From: Thermoanaerobaculia bacterium
GTDB taxonomy: Bacteria > Acidobacteriota > Thermoanaerobaculia > Multivoradales > Multivoraceae
Length of the DNA: 64,000 nucleotides
Reading direction: 5' to 3'
Assembly: GCA_963666565.1 (NCBI GenBank)
Contig: OY762911.1
Location: forward strand, 4,722,145 to 4,786,144
Part shown: positions 27,458-38,149 of the stretch, in pieces
Numbering within the stretch: position 1 is the first letter of the stretch
Layout: every line of letters starts with the position of its first letter
Position numbers and translations under genes: made by a program
The notes under the pieces: model-generated
Databases searched by the model: none
What the model was told of the DNA's origin: nothing
What the model saw: only the letters and a program-made list of their open reading frames with translations

Positions 27458-29224
27458 CTACTGGCGCTGCTCTTCGATCCAGGCGTCGATCAGCTCTTCC
27501 AGAATGTCCAGCGGCACGGAACCGTTGGCCAGCACGGCGTCGTGGAAGTGGCGCACATCGAAGTCGCTTCCGAGGGCCTGCTCGGCCCGCCCGCGCAGTT
27601 CCCGGATCTTCAGTTCGCCCATCTTGTAGGCCAGCGCCTGGCCCGGCCAACTGATGTAGCGGTCGGTCTCGGTCGTGACCTCGTGCAGGGAGAGAGCCGT
27701 GTTCTCGGCCAGATAGTCGAGCATCTGCTGGCGCGTCCAGCCGAAGGCGTGCACTCCGGTGTCGACCACGAGCCGGCAGGCCCGCCAGATCTCGTAGGTC
27801 AGGCGGCCGAAGTTGCTGTACGGATCCTCGTAGATGCCCGCCTCGAGCCCGAGGTACTCGGCGTACAGGCCCCAGCCCTCGCCGAAGGCCGAGAGGTAGT
27901 CGTGGCGGCGAAACTCCGGCCCGGCGTCGATCTCGGCCGCGAGCGCATTCTGGAGGTGGTGACCCGGCACCGCCTCGTGCAGGGTCAGCGCCGCCAGCGC
28001 GTAGAGGGGCCGGCTCGGGAGGTTGTACGTGTTGACCCAGTAGATGCCGGGCTGGGTGCTGTTGTACGGGGCGGACACGTAGCGCCCGGCGGTGTACTTC
28101 GGCGCCATGTGGTCCGGGACCGGCTCGACCGTGTAGGGGACCCGCGGCAAGGTCGCGAACAGGGACGGCAGCTTGCCGTCCATCGTCTTGGCGATCCAGG
28201 CGGCGCGCTCCAGCAGCTCCTGCGCGGTCTTCGGGTAGAAACGCGGATCGGTGCGCAAGAAGTCGAGGAACTCGGCGTAGGACCCCTCGAAGCCGATCTC
28301 GCGGATCACCTCCGCCATCTCGGCCCGGATCCGCGCGACCTCGCCGAGGCCGATCTCGTGGACCTCCCGCGCCGTCACGTCGAGCGTGGTGAACCAGCGA
28401 ACCTGGCTCTCGTAGTAGGCCCGGCCGTCCGGCAGGTCGGCGGCGCCGACGGTCTCCCTGGCGCCCGGAAGGTACTCGCCGACGAAGAAGTCGTGGAACC
28501 CCCGGTAGGCGGGGACCACCGCCTCGACGATCGCCGCCTCGGCATCCGTCAGGATCCGCTCGCGGTCCATCTCCCCGACGGACGCCGGCACCTCCTCGAA
28601 AGGCGCCCAGAAGGCGCTGTCCCGCGGGTCGTCGACGATGTGGGCGGAGATCGTGTCCTCGTAGCCTTCGAGGGTCACCCGGGGCAGGGTGAAGCCGCCC
28701 TCGATCCCCGCGCGCATGTGGCCCTGCTGCTGCTCGAAGTAGGCCGGGATCGCCCGCATCCTGGCGATGTAGTCGTCGTAGTGGCCGGGAGTCCGGAACG
28801 GCATCGGACGGTGCATCCGGGCGAACCCCATGTGGAAGCCGGAGTCCGCGTTGAGCGGCATCCGGTAGCCGCCGAACTCGAATCCCTCCACGCTGCCGCG
28901 GAGCTGGCGCTCGAACATCCGCGCGTTGATCCGGTCCGCCGCGCTGAGCCCGGAGATGTCGATCTCCTCGAAGCGCCGCAGGAGATCGCGGCGGCGCTCG
29001 ACCCGGCGCTCGATCGCCTCAAGGCTCATGTCGGCCAGTTCGTCGTTCCGGCTGTGATCGCCGACGCTGGTCGCGAGCTGGGGGCTCTCGCGGAGCCTGG
29101 CCTCCCAGTCCTCGTCGAACAGCCCGTAGAGCCGTTCGCGCGCGTCCTCGGGCGGCGCGCAGGCGGCGAACGCGGCCAGCGCCAGCAGCGCGGAGACGGC
29201 TCTGACGGCTGTAGAAACGCTCAT
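27458..29224 (-). CDS. DUF885 family lipoprotein
   Basis: FAAC lipobox, HEAVPGHHLQ, EGWGLYAE and PGQALAYKMG motifs. Confidence 0.92.
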   Translation of the reverse strand: MSVSTAVRAVSALLALAAFAACAPPEDARERLYGLFDEDWEARLRESPQLATSVGDHSRNDELADMSLEAIERRVERRRDLLRRFEEIDISGLSAADRINARMFERQLRGSVEGFEFGGYRMPLNADSGFHMGFARMHRPMPFRTPGHYDDYIARMRAIPAYFEQQQGHMRAGIEGGFTLPRVTLEGYEDTISAHIVDDPRDSAFWAPFEEVPASVGEMDRERILTDAEAAIVEAVVPAYRGFHDFFVGEYLPGARETVGAADLPDGRAYYESQVRWFTTLDVTAREVHEIGLGEVARIRAEMAEVIREIGFEGSYAEFLDFLRTDPRFYPKTAQELLERAAWIAKTMDGKLPSLFATLPRVPYTVEPVPDHMAPKYTAGRYVSAPYNSTQPGIYWVNTYNLPSRPLYALAALTLHEAVPGHHLQNALAAEIDAGPEFRRHDYLSAFGEGWGLYAEYLGLEAGIYEDPYSNFGRLTYEIWRACRLVVDTGVHAFGWTRQQMLDYLAENTALSLHEVTTETDRYISWPGQALAYKMGELKIRELRGRAEQALGSDFDVRHFHDAVLANGSVPLDILEELIDAWIEEQRQ

Positions 29225-29259
29225 GAAGGCCGAACCCTATCGCGTAGGATCTCGCGCGC

Positions 29260-30408
29260 GTGAAGTACCTGACCGCTCTCCTGCTCCTCGCCTCCTCGGT
29301 CGCCGCGGCGGCGCCGCTGGAACTCCGGCCGGGCGACCGGATCTGCCTCGTCGGCAACACGTTCGCCGAACGATTCCAGCTCTTCGGCTACTTCGAGAGC
29401 GAACTGCTGGCCGCCTTCCCGGATCTCGGTCTGTCCGTTCGGAACCTCGCCTGGTCGGCGGACGAGGCGGCACTCCGGCCCCGGCCGCTCGACTTCGGCG
29501 CCGTGGACCGTCACCTCGAAGCCCAGGCCGCCGACGTCGTGCTGATGTTCTACGGCGCCAACGAGTCGTTCGACGGCACCGCGGGACTGCCCGCGTTCCG
29601 CAACGACCTGGGCCGGCTGCTCCGCCACGTCTCGAAGCGGACCTACAACGGCGAGGAACCTCCGCGCGTGGCCCTCGTCTCGCCGATTCCGCAGCAGGCC
29701 CTGCCCGGAGGCGCCGGCCTCGACGAGGCGGCCGTCTCGCGGCGAAACGCCGCGCTCCGCTCCTACTCCGCCGCGGCCGCGGCCGTGGCCGCCGAGAACG
29801 GCATCGGCTTCCTCGACGTCTTCGGCCCGATGGCCGCCGCCCTTGACGCGGCGCCGGCGCCCCTGACGATCAACGGCATCCACCTGAACGATGCCGGCTA
29901 CTGGCACGCGGCCGGGGCCTTGGTCGAAGCGCTCGGCGGTTCGGCGCGAGGGACGCTCAAGGTCTCGGCAGGCGGCGCCGCGGGAATCGAGTTCGAGCCG
30001 CCCGTCCGCTTGCGGCCACCCGCCGGCGGCGCGGCGCCGCTTCGGATCGCGGTCTCCGATCTGGACGCCGGCTACTACGCGCTGCGCTGGGGCGAGGAGA
30101 CCCTGGCCACCGCCGATCGCGCCGCCTGGGCCGAAGGCGTCGACCTGCCGGCGACCGCGACGGCCGCCCTGGCCGAATCCGGCGACCGGCTGCGAAGCGT
30201 CGTGGTTCGCAAGAGCCGGCTGTTCTTCGACCGCTACCGCGCCGTGAACGGCTACTACATCTACGGCGGGCGCAAGGAGCCCTTCGGCGTTCACTCCTTC
30301 CCGCCCGAGATGGCCCGCTTCGACGAACTGGTCGGCGAACTCGACGACGAGGCCGCGGCGCTCGCCCGGTCGGACGAAGTGTGGCGCCTGGAGCGCGTCG
30401 ACCGATGA
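29260..30408 (+). CDS. Secreted SGNH/GDSL-fold protein
   Basis: GNTFAER, RNLAWSAD, YGANES and NGIHLN motifs. Confidence 0.8.
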   Translation: MKYLTALLLLASSVAAAAPLELRPGDRICLVGNTFAERFQLFGYFESELLAAFPDLGLSVRNLAWSADEAALRPRPLDFGAVDRHLEAQAADVVLMFYGANESFDGTAGLPAFRNDLGRLLRHVSKRTYNGEEPPRVALVSPIPQQALPGGAGLDEAAVSRRNAALRSYSAAAAAVAAENGIGFLDVFGPMAAALDAAPAPLTINGIHLNDAGYWHAAGALVEALGGSARGTLKVSAGGAAGIEFEPPVRLRPPAGGAAPLRIAVSDLDAGYYALRWGEETLATADRAAWAEGVDLPATATAALAESGDRLRSVVVRKSRLFFDRYRAVNGYYIYGGRKEPFGVHSFPPEMARFDELVGELDDEAAALARSDEVWRLERVDR

Positions 30409-33400
30409 TTCGCCCAGCCGCGCACCTACGGCACGCGGATGCCGGCGGGGACGCCGGCGCACCCAGTGACGAGTCCCTGAACAAAGCCGAGGCCGCCATC
30501 GCCGCCGTCGTGACCGCGGCTCTCGCTCTCGGTCCGGCCGCAGCCCAGAACGTCGCCGACGAGGAACCGAACCGCGGCGGCGAGGCCCGGTACGAAGCCC
30601 GCGATCCCGCCTACGCGCTGGAACACCTGCACCCGGCCGAGGGATACGAGGTCTCGCTGTTCGCCTCCGAGCAGGACTTCCCGATCGGGAACCCGGTGGC
30701 GCTGGCGTTCGACTCCCGCGGCCGGCTCTGGGTAGCCACCATGCCGTCCTATCCCCAGCGGCTCCCGGACGAGGCGCCCGACGACAAGATCGTCATCCTC
30801 GAGGACACGGACGGCGACGGCCGCGCCGACCGCCACACCGTCTTCGCCCGCGGCCTGCACGTGCCGACCGGCTTCGAACTGGGCGACGGCGGCGTCTACG
30901 TGGCCCAGCAGCCGAACCTGATGTTCATCGAGGACACGGACGGCGACGACGTGGCCGACCGCTACGAGGTGATCCTCCACGGCTTCGGCACGGAAGACAG
31001 CCACCACTCGATCTCCGCCTTCACCTGGGGACCCGGCGGCGCGCTCTACTTCCAGGAGGGGACGTTCCACCACAGCCAGGTCGAGACGCCCTACGGGCCG
31101 GTGCGGCTGGTGGACGCCGGCGTCTTCCGCTACAAGCCGCGGCGCTTCCACCTGGAGGTGTTCGTCTCCTACCCCTTCGCCAACCCGTGGGGCCACGTCT
31201 TCGACCGCTGGGGCCAGAACTTCATCGCCGACGCCTCGGGCGGCGCGAACTACTTCGGCGCACCGATCACCGGCAACGCGCCCTACCCGCGGAAGCGGCG
31301 GCGGATGAAGGTGTTCACCTCGATCGTCCGGCCGACGTCAGGCTGCGAGATCGTCAGCTCGCGCCACTTCCCCGACGAGGCGCAGGGCAACTTCCTGATC
31401 AACAACACGATCGGCTTCCAGGGCATCAAGCAGCACCGGGTGATCGAGGAGGACTCGGGCTTCACCTCCGAGGAGGTCGAGCCCCTCCTCTACTCGACCG
31501 ACATCAACTTCCGGCCCGTCGACCTCCAGTTCGGGCCGGACGGTGCGCTCTACGTCGTCGACTGGTTCAACCCGCTGATCGGCCACATGCAGTACTCGCT
31601 CCGGGACGAGCGCCGCGACCACGACCACGGCCGGATCTGGCGGGTGCGGCACGGTTCGCGGCCGCTGCTCGAGCCGCCGGAGATCGGCGGCGCCTCGACG
31701 CCGGCGCTCGTCCGGCTGCTGGAAAGTTACGAGGACCGCACCCGCTACCGCGTCCGGCGCGAACTCCGGGAACGCCCGCGCGACGAGGTGCTCGCCGCGG
31801 TCGAGGAGTGGCTGGACGACATCGACGCCCGCGAACGCGGCGCCGACGCCGGCGGCGACGCGAACGTCTCCGACCTGGAGCACCACCGGCTGGAAGCCCT
31901 GTGGCTCCATCAGAACCTGAACGTCGTCGAGCCCGAGCTGCTCGGCCGCATGCTCGACTCGCCCGAGCCGCGGGCGCGCGCGGCGGCGACCCGGGTCGCC
32001 CGCTTCTGGCGGCGGGAACTGGACGATCCGCTGGCCCTGCTCGCCGCCCGGGCCGAGGACTCCTTCCCCCGGACCCGCCTGGAAGCCCTGCTCGGCCTGA
32101 GCTACCTGGAGTCCGAGCCCGCGGCCCTCGCGGCGCTCAAGACGCTGGACAGGCAGACCGACTACTACCTCGACTACGTCCTCGGCGAGACGGTCGACAC
32201 GCTGGAGGACTTCTGGCTGCCGGCGCTCGAGTCGGACCGCGAGCCGCCGCTGCTCGATACCCTGCCGGCGTCCGAGGCCGGCTACCTGCTCAGTCGCCTC
32301 TCGACCGGCAAGCTCGAGCGCCTGCCGACCCACCCGCTCACCGACCGTGCCGTGCTCCGTCGGGCCGACGCCAGCGTCGAGCGCCAGCGCCAGGCGCTCG
32401 CCGGCCTGACGAGCGGCGAACCGGGCAGCCGCTTCATCCGGGAGACGCCGGCCATGCTCCTGGCCGGGGAACTGGCCGAACTGGACCGGTTGCAGCCGCC
32501 GGACCCGGAGCGCCTGGAACGGATCGTCCTGCACCTGATGGAACAGGACGCGCCCTCCCTGCTCGCGGCCCGCGACGAGTTCGAGGCGCTGGCCGCGAAC
32601 GGCGCCCGGCAGGGCACGCGAAGCGCCGCCATCGCCGCCCTGATCGCCGCTGCCGGCGATCCGTCGCCGGACAACGTGCTGCCCCACCGGCCGAGCAACG
32701 ACCAGACGATCGACTGGCTGCGCGCGGTGGACGCCCTGCCGCCGGCGCTGCGCGCCGAGGCCTATCCCGCCGTTTCCGCCCTGTTCGACCGGCGGCGCGA
32801 GCGCGGCCAGGAGATGCTCGACGCGGCGGTGCGGACGCTCGCGGGCATGACCCAAGACGCCCGGGACCCGCGGAGGGCGCAGCGCAGCTTCCGGAGACTC
32901 GCCGAACTCGTCGGCGACCCGGCGCTCCGGCTGGCTGCGCTGGAAGGCCTCGGGCAACTGACCGCCGAAGCCCCCGGCGCCTGGCCCGCCGGCGGCGGCG
33001 AGGACGCGCTCGCCGATCCGATCCTGGCGGCCATCCGCGACGCGCCGCCACGCGAACTGGCCTCGCCGCGCTACCGCCGCATCCACGACCTGGGACTCCG
33101 CATCGCCGACCGGCGGATCGACAGCACCGGCGGCGAGCGCGGCGCCGACCTCCGCGAGGAGATCGTCAACCTCGGCGCCGCGATCGTGACCCTGCGCCCC
33201 GTTCCCCACCAGATGCTCTTCGACCTGGAGGAGTTCACGGTCCGCGCCGGCGGACCGGTCGAGATCGCGTTCGAGAACATCGACGTCATGCCCCACAACG
33301 TCGTCGTCACCAAGCCCGGAGCGCTCGAAGAAGTCGGCCGGGCCGCCGACGCGGAGGCGGAGCGCAATCCGGCCGGGGCCGAGGCCTCCGGCTACGTACC

Positions 33401-34121
33401 GAAGACGCCCCTCGTCCTGTTCCGGACCGGCCTGGTCCAGCCGGGCGAGACGGAGGTCCTGAGCTTCAACGCCCCGAGGGAACCGGGCCTCTATCCCTTC
33501 GTCTGCACCTTCCCGGGACACTGGATCCTGATGAAGGGCACGATGCGGGTGGTGGAGCGACTCGACGGCGCGGCGGTCACCCGCTACGCCGCCCCGCGGC
33601 TCGCCCCGGACGTTCCCCAGCGCGCCTTCGTCGCCGACTGGAGCTACGCGATGCTGGAGACCGACGTCGCTCCGCTGGAAGCCGCCCCGCCCGCCAGCGA
33701 CGAGGAACTCGACCGCGGGCGGCGGCTCTTCGTCGAGGCCGGCTGCGCCACCTGCCACCAGCTCGACGGCGCCGGCGGCGACGTCGGTCCGGCCCTGGAC
33801 GACGCGCGCGACCGGCTCGGCGCGCTCGACACGCTGCGGCACATCCTGGCGCCCTCGGACGAGGTGGCCGAGAACTACCGCACCACCCTGGTCGAGACCC
33901 GCGACGGGCGCTTCTACTCTGGTCTGCTCGTAGAAGCCGGCGAGGACGCCGTGCGCATCCGCTCGAACCCGCTCGATCCGAACCACGTCGAGACGATTCC
34001 CCGCGAGGAGATCGAGAGTCTCGACGAGTCGTCGCTCTCGCCCATGCCGAGCGGCCTGCTCAGCACCCTCCAGCCGTCCGAGGTGCGGGACCTGATCCGC
34101 TACCTTCTGCACTCGCCCTGA
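30405..34121 (+). CDS. PVC-type multidomain protein: beta-propeller dehydrogenase-like, HEAT repeats, cupredoxin and cytochrome c
   Basis: DTDGDGRAD repeats, GPDGALY, MPHN...CTFPGHWILM type-1 Cu ligands, CATCH haem motif and SPMP. Confidence 0.9.
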   Translation: MIRPAAHLRHADAGGDAGAPSDESLNKAEAAIAAVVTAALALGPAAAQNVADEEPNRGGEARYEARDPAYALEHLHPAEGYEVSLFASEQDFPIGNPVALAFDSRGRLWVATMPSYPQRLPDEAPDDKIVILEDTDGDGRADRHTVFARGLHVPTGFELGDGGVYVAQQPNLMFIEDTDGDDVADRYEVILHGFGTEDSHHSISAFTWGPGGALYFQEGTFHHSQVETPYGPVRLVDAGVFRYKPRRFHLEVFVSYPFANPWGHVFDRWGQNFIADASGGANYFGAPITGNAPYPRKRRRMKVFTSIVRPTSGCEIVSSRHFPDEAQGNFLINNTIGFQGIKQHRVIEEDSGFTSEEVEPLLYSTDINFRPVDLQFGPDGALYVVDWFNPLIGHMQYSLRDERRDHDHGRIWRVRHGSRPLLEPPEIGGASTPALVRLLESYEDRTRYRVRRELRERPRDEVLAAVEEWLDDIDARERGADAGGDANVSDLEHHRLEALWLHQNLNVVEPELLGRMLDSPEPRARAAATRVARFWRRELDDPLALLAARAEDSFPRTRLEALLGLSYLESEPAALAALKTLDRQTDYYLDYVLGETVDTLEDFWLPALESDREPPLLDTLPASEAGYLLSRLSTGKLERLPTHPLTDRAVLRRADASVERQRQALAGLTSGEPGSRFIRETPAMLLAGELAELDRLQPPDPERLERIVLHLMEQDAPSLLAARDEFEALAANGARQGTRSAAIAALIAAAGDPSPDNVLPHRPSNDQTIDWLRAVDALPPALRAEAYPAVSALFDRRRERGQEMLDAAVRTLAGMTQDARDPRRAQRSFRRLAELVGDPALRLAALEGLGQLTAEAPGAWPAGGGEDALADPILAAIRDAPPRELASPRYRRIHDLGLRIADRRIDSTGGERGADLREEIVNLGAAIVTLRPVPHQMLFDLEEFTVRAGGPVEIAFENIDVMPHNVVVTKPGALEEVGRAADAEAERNPAGAEASGYVPKTPLVLFRTGLVQPGETEVLSFNAPREPGLYPFVCTFPGHWILMKGTMRVVERLDGAAVTRYAAPRLAPDVPQRAFVADWSYAMLETDVAPLEAAPPASDEELDRGRRLFVEAGCATCHQLDGAGGDVGPALDDARDRLGALDTLRHILAPSDEVAENYRTTLVETRDGRFYSGLLVEAGEDAVRIRSNPLDPNHVETIPREEIESLDESSLSPMPSGLLSTLQPSEVRDLIRYLLHSP

Positions 34122-36766
34122 TGCGGAGGTGCGTTTCCGGCTCGGGCCTGGGAACACGGGCATCCCGCCCGCCTCCCGCGTCGAGCGGCGGCAAGGACCG
34201 GGCCGGTCGACTGGCGGCTTTGCCGGTCGCCGCGCTGGCCGCCGCGGCCGCGGCCGGCGCGCCGGCGGCCGGCCAGCACGGCGCGATCGGCGGCGAGTGG
34301 CGCGAGTACGGCGGCGACGCCGGCGGCACGAAGTACGCGCCGCTCGGCCAGATCCACGCTGGCAACGTCGGCGACCTGGCCATCCGCTGGCGCTGGCAAT
34401 CGCCCGACAACGCGATCGCGGACCCCGACGCCGGTCTCGAAATCGTCGCCTTCGAGGCAACGCCGCTGATGAAGGGCGGCGTCCTCTACACCAGCACCTC
34501 CTTCAGCCAGGCTGCCGCCATCGACGCCGCGACCGGCCGCCAGCTCTGGGTCCACGACCCGAAGAGCTACGAGTCGGGACGCCCTCCGAACAACGGCTTC
34601 CTCCACCGCGGGCTCGCCTGGTGGACGGACGGCGAGACGGAGAGCCTGTACCTGGCAACCGGCGACGCACGCCTGATCGCGCTCGATCCGGCGACCGGAA
34701 CGCCCCGGCGCGAGTTCGGCAACCGCGGCACGGTCGATCTCAAGGCCCGTATCCGTTCGCTCAACGACCGCTCCGACCAGTACGGACACACCTCGCCGCC
34801 GATCGTGGTCGGCGACACGGTCGTCGTCGGTTCCTCCGTCATGGACTGGGCGCCGCAGCCGGAGTGGCCGCCGGGCGACGTCCGCGGCTACCACGCCCGC
34901 ACCGGCCGGCTGCTGTGGACCTTCCATACCGTGCCGCGCCGCGGCCAGTTCGGTTACTCGACCTGGGAGAACGGCTCCGCCGAACGGGTCGGCGGCGCCA
35001 ACGTCTGGCCGCCGATGACCGCCGACCTGGAGCTCGGGTACGTCTACCTGCCGGTCAGCGCTCCGTCGAACCACTTCTACGGCGGCCACCGCCGGGGCGA
35101 CAACCTGTTCGCGAACAGCATCGTCTGCCTCGACGCGCGGACCGGCCGCCGCGTCTGGCACTACCAGATCGTCCATCACGACATCTGGGACTTCGATCTC
35201 CCGGCGCCGCCCAACCTGGTCGACATCACGGTCGGCAGACGCGAGATCCCCGCGGTCGCGCAGGTCACGAAGCAGGGCTGGGTGTTCGTGTTCGACCGAC
35301 GGAACGGCCGGCCGGTTTGGCCGATCCACGAGGTCCCGGTCCCCCAGTCGACCGTGCCCGGCGAGCGCACCGCGCTGACTCAGCCGCGGCCGACGAAGCC
35401 GCCGCCCTTCGACCGGCTGGGAATCGCGCGAGAAGATCTGGGCGACGGCGCCGAGGAAGTGCTGGCCGACCTCGACTGGGGGCCGATCTACACTCCCCTG
35501 TCCACGCGCGGCGCCGTCATCTACCCCGGCCTCGGTGGCGGCGCCAACTGGGGAGGCGCCGCCTTCGACCCCGTCCGATCGAGGCTGTACGTCCCGGTCC
35601 AGGGGGTCGTGCCCTTCTGGATCCGCCTCTATCGAACCGCCATCTCCGGCTACTACCTGTACGAATCGGGCATCCTGACCGCCTCCGGCAACCGCTATCT
35701 GCTGAAGCCGCCCTGGGGACACGTCGCCGCCTACGACCTCGACCGCGGCGAGCTCCTCTGGCAGCGGGCCAACGACGGCGCGAACGGCTACGCCGGCACC
35801 CCGTCCCTGCTCGCCACCCAGGACCTCGTTTTCTACGCCAACCGGTCGCGGCCGGTCCTCACCGCGCTCGACCCCGACGATGGCGGCGTGCTCCGCACGA
35901 TCCCGCTGCCGGCGCGGGCCTCGGGCGCCCCGATGAGCTTTACCGCGGACGGCCGCCAGTACGTCGTCGTCGCGGTCGGCGCCGGGTCCGACGATGCCGA
36001 ACTCGTCGCGCTCTCCCTGGAGGGCGATCTGCCGGAGCAGCATCCCGGCGCCCTGGGCTTCTCCCGGCCGTCCGTGACCGCCCGGGAAGCGGACGGCGAG
36101 ATCGCGTTGAGCGTCGAGCGCGCCGGCGGCAGCGACGGCGCGGTTGCCGTCGATGTGCGGACCGCGGGCGGCACCGCGACCGCCAAGGTCGACTTCGAGC
36201 CCGTCGCCCGCACCCTCGCCTGGGGCCACGGCGACTCGGAGTCGAAGAGGTTCGCGCTTCCGCTGCTCGACGACGGCGCGGGCGAGGGCACGGAGACCAT
36301 CCAACTGGAACTTCGCGATCCGCTGGGCGGCGCGGCCCTCGGCCAGCGCCGCACGGTGGTGACCGTGGAAGACGACGACGGTGACGACGGCGGAGTGGAC
36401 GAGCCGATCGAGCCCTGCGCCGGAAGCCCGACGACGCTGTGCCTGAACCGCGGACGCTTCAGGGTCCAGGTCCGCTACGCCGCGGAAGCCACCGGCGGAG
36501 ACAGCGTCCCGGCGACCGGCGCCCACCTGACCCCGGACACCGGCTACTTCACCTTCTTCGACCCGGCGAACGTCGAGATCATCGTCAAGGTCCTCGACGC
36601 CTGCGCGCTGACCGGCACGTACTGGCTCTACGCCGCCGGCCTGACCGACCTGGACGTCGAGGTCGAAATCGCCGACCCGGTAACCCAGAGCCGCCGCGTC
36701 ATCGCGAGTCCGCGCGGCGAGCTGTTCCAGCCGGTGGCCGACACGCAGGCGTTCGCCTGCGAGTAG
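34121..36766 (+). CDS. PQQ-dependent (glucose/quinate-type) dehydrogenase with Calx-beta and C-terminal accessory domain
   Basis: YAPLGQI..NV..L..W, EATP, GGANVW, HHDIWDFD and GGANWGG motifs; Calx-beta from ~36050; TLCLNRGRFRV..VKVLDAC..AAGLTD tail. Confidence 0.88.
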   Translation: MRRCVSGSGLGTRASRPPPASSGGKDRAGRLAALPVAALAAAAAAGAPAAGQHGAIGGEWREYGGDAGGTKYAPLGQIHAGNVGDLAIRWRWQSPDNAIADPDAGLEIVAFEATPLMKGGVLYTSTSFSQAAAIDAATGRQLWVHDPKSYESGRPPNNGFLHRGLAWWTDGETESLYLATGDARLIALDPATGTPRREFGNRGTVDLKARIRSLNDRSDQYGHTSPPIVVGDTVVVGSSVMDWAPQPEWPPGDVRGYHARTGRLLWTFHTVPRRGQFGYSTWENGSAERVGGANVWPPMTADLELGYVYLPVSAPSNHFYGGHRRGDNLFANSIVCLDARTGRRVWHYQIVHHDIWDFDLPAPPNLVDITVGRREIPAVAQVTKQGWVFVFDRRNGRPVWPIHEVPVPQSTVPGERTALTQPRPTKPPPFDRLGIAREDLGDGAEEVLADLDWGPIYTPLSTRGAVIYPGLGGGANWGGAAFDPVRSRLYVPVQGVVPFWIRLYRTAISGYYLYESGILTASGNRYLLKPPWGHVAAYDLDRGELLWQRANDGANGYAGTPSLLATQDLVFYANRSRPVLTALDPDDGGVLRTIPLPARASGAPMSFTADGRQYVVVAVGAGSDDAELVALSLEGDLPEQHPGALGFSRPSVTAREADGEIALSVERAGGSDGAVAVDVRTAGGTATAKVDFEPVARTLAWGHGDSESKRFALPLLDDGAGEGTETIQLELRDPLGGAALGQRRTVVTVEDDDGDDGGVDEPIEPCAGSPTTLCLNRGRFRVQVRYAAEATGGDSVPATGAHLTPDTGYFTFFDPANVEIIVKVLDACALTGTYWLYAAGLTDLDVEVEIADPVTQSRRVIASPRGELFQPVADTQAFACE

Positions 36767-36778
36767 GGCGGCGAACGG

Positions 36779-38149
36779 CTACGGCGGTCCGTCCGCCCGC
36801 AGGCGCCCGAACGCCTCCAGTTGGGCCTCGGCCTCCTCGCTTCGCCCCAGCGCCTCCAGCACGCGGGCGTAGTTGAAACGGAGCGGCGCGTTGGCGTCGA
36901 GCCCGAGTTCGAGCGCCCGTTCCATGCGCTCGGCCGCTTCGGCCGGACGGCCGGCTTCAGCGGCGATCATGCCGAGCAGGGCGTGGGCCTCGCCGAGGCC
37001 GGGATCGAGCGCCAGGGCCCGTTCGAGCGCGGGCGCGGCCTCCCCGGCGCGCCCGGCCGTGTGCAGGAACATGCCCTCCAGGTAGTGGTGCTCGACCCGG
37101 TTCGGTTCGAGCCGGCGCGCCGCGGCGGCGCTGGCCGCCGCTTCGTCGACCCGGCCCATGGAGAACAGCACCTTGGCTCGCAGGGAGTGGACGTCCGCGG
37201 CGCCCGAGTCGTCCCGGCCGTCCGTCACGCTCGCAAGACGTTGGATCGCGGCTTCCAGATCGCCCGCCGCCGCGAGGCGTTGGGCCTCCGACAAGGCAGC
37301 CGCCGTTTCCCTGGAAGCCAGGCGTGCGGTCTCCGCCGCTCGCTCCCGGGCGGCCTCCAGCGACCGGTAGCGGTCGAGTGCCGCGCTAGCCGCCTCCCGG
37401 TCGCCGGCGGCCGCGAGCGTCCTTCCGAGGCGATAGGACACTTCCGGCTCGTCCGGCGCCAGTTCCGCCGCGGCGCGCAGGTGCTCGAGCGCCTCCGGGT
37501 AGCGCTCTTCGGCCGCGAGAACGTCGGCCGCCTCCATGTGCACGACGACCGGATCGCCCGCGCCGGCGTCGAGAGCGCGTTGCAGGTAGCCCAGCGCCTC
37601 CGAGCGCCGGGCCGGATCGCGCGCCAGCGCCAGACCCTGGACGAGGTCGAGGCCCGGACTCCGGAGATCTTCGGCCGCGGCCGCGGAAACGGCCGCCAAA
37701 GCCCTGTCGGCCCGGCCGTCCGCCAAGTGGAGCAGGGCGAGCTGCTCGGGGACGGCGGCGCTGCCGAGACGCCGGGCCGCGCCCTCTTCCAGCAACCGGA
37801 TCGCCTCGCCCGTGCGGTCTAGGTCACGGAGCAACAGCGCCGGCGCCAGGAAAGCCGACGCCATCTCGCGGCCCGCCTCGCTCACGGAGCTGCCCTTACC
37901 ATCCGGATCGAGCTCTCGCGCCCGAGCGAACGCGGCGAGCGCGTCCTCCGTGCGGCCGAGCGCGGTCAGCGCCCGGGCCAGCGCCAGCGCCGGCCCGAAC
38001 TCCGCCGGCGCCCTCTCCACCGCGGCGCGCGCCAGAGCCAGAGCCTCGACCGGATCGCTTGCCGACGCCGCGTCAACCTGTGCCGGAACAAGCTGGCCCG
38101 GGACGGTCGCCGCCATGACGATCGCTAGAAGGACGGCTGCGCCACGCAC
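36779..38149 (-). CDS. Secreted tetratricopeptide-repeat protein
   Basis: Signal peptide; repeated A..LERALALDP-type helices. Confidence 0.8.
   Translation of the reverse strand: MRGAAVLLAIVMAATVPGQLVPAQVDAASASDPVEALALARAAVERAPAEFGPALALARALTALGRTEDALAAFARARELDPDGKGSSVSEAGREMASAFLAPALLLRDLDRTGEAIRLLEEGAARRLGSAAVPEQLALLHLADGRADRALAAVSAAAAEDLRSPGLDLVQGLALARDPARRSEALGYLQRALDAGAGDPVVVHMEAADVLAAEERYPEALEHLRAAAELAPDEPEVSYRLGRTLAAAGDREAASAALDRYRSLEAARERAAETARLASRETAAALSEAQRLAAAGDLEAAIQRLASVTDGRDDSGAADVHSLRAKVLFSMGRVDEAAASAAAARRLEPNRVEHHYLEGMFLHTAGRAGEAAPALERALALDPGLGEAHALLGMIAAEAGRPAEAAERMERALELGLDANAPLRFNYARVLEALGRSEEAEAQLEAFGRLRADGPP

Noticed and set aside
31187-34120. 1859-aa ORF 31187-36766 as a single protein
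   Set aside because: The first ~980 codons are an Arg/Pro-rich shadow frame over the real 30405-34121 gene; the recognisable protein starts at 34121
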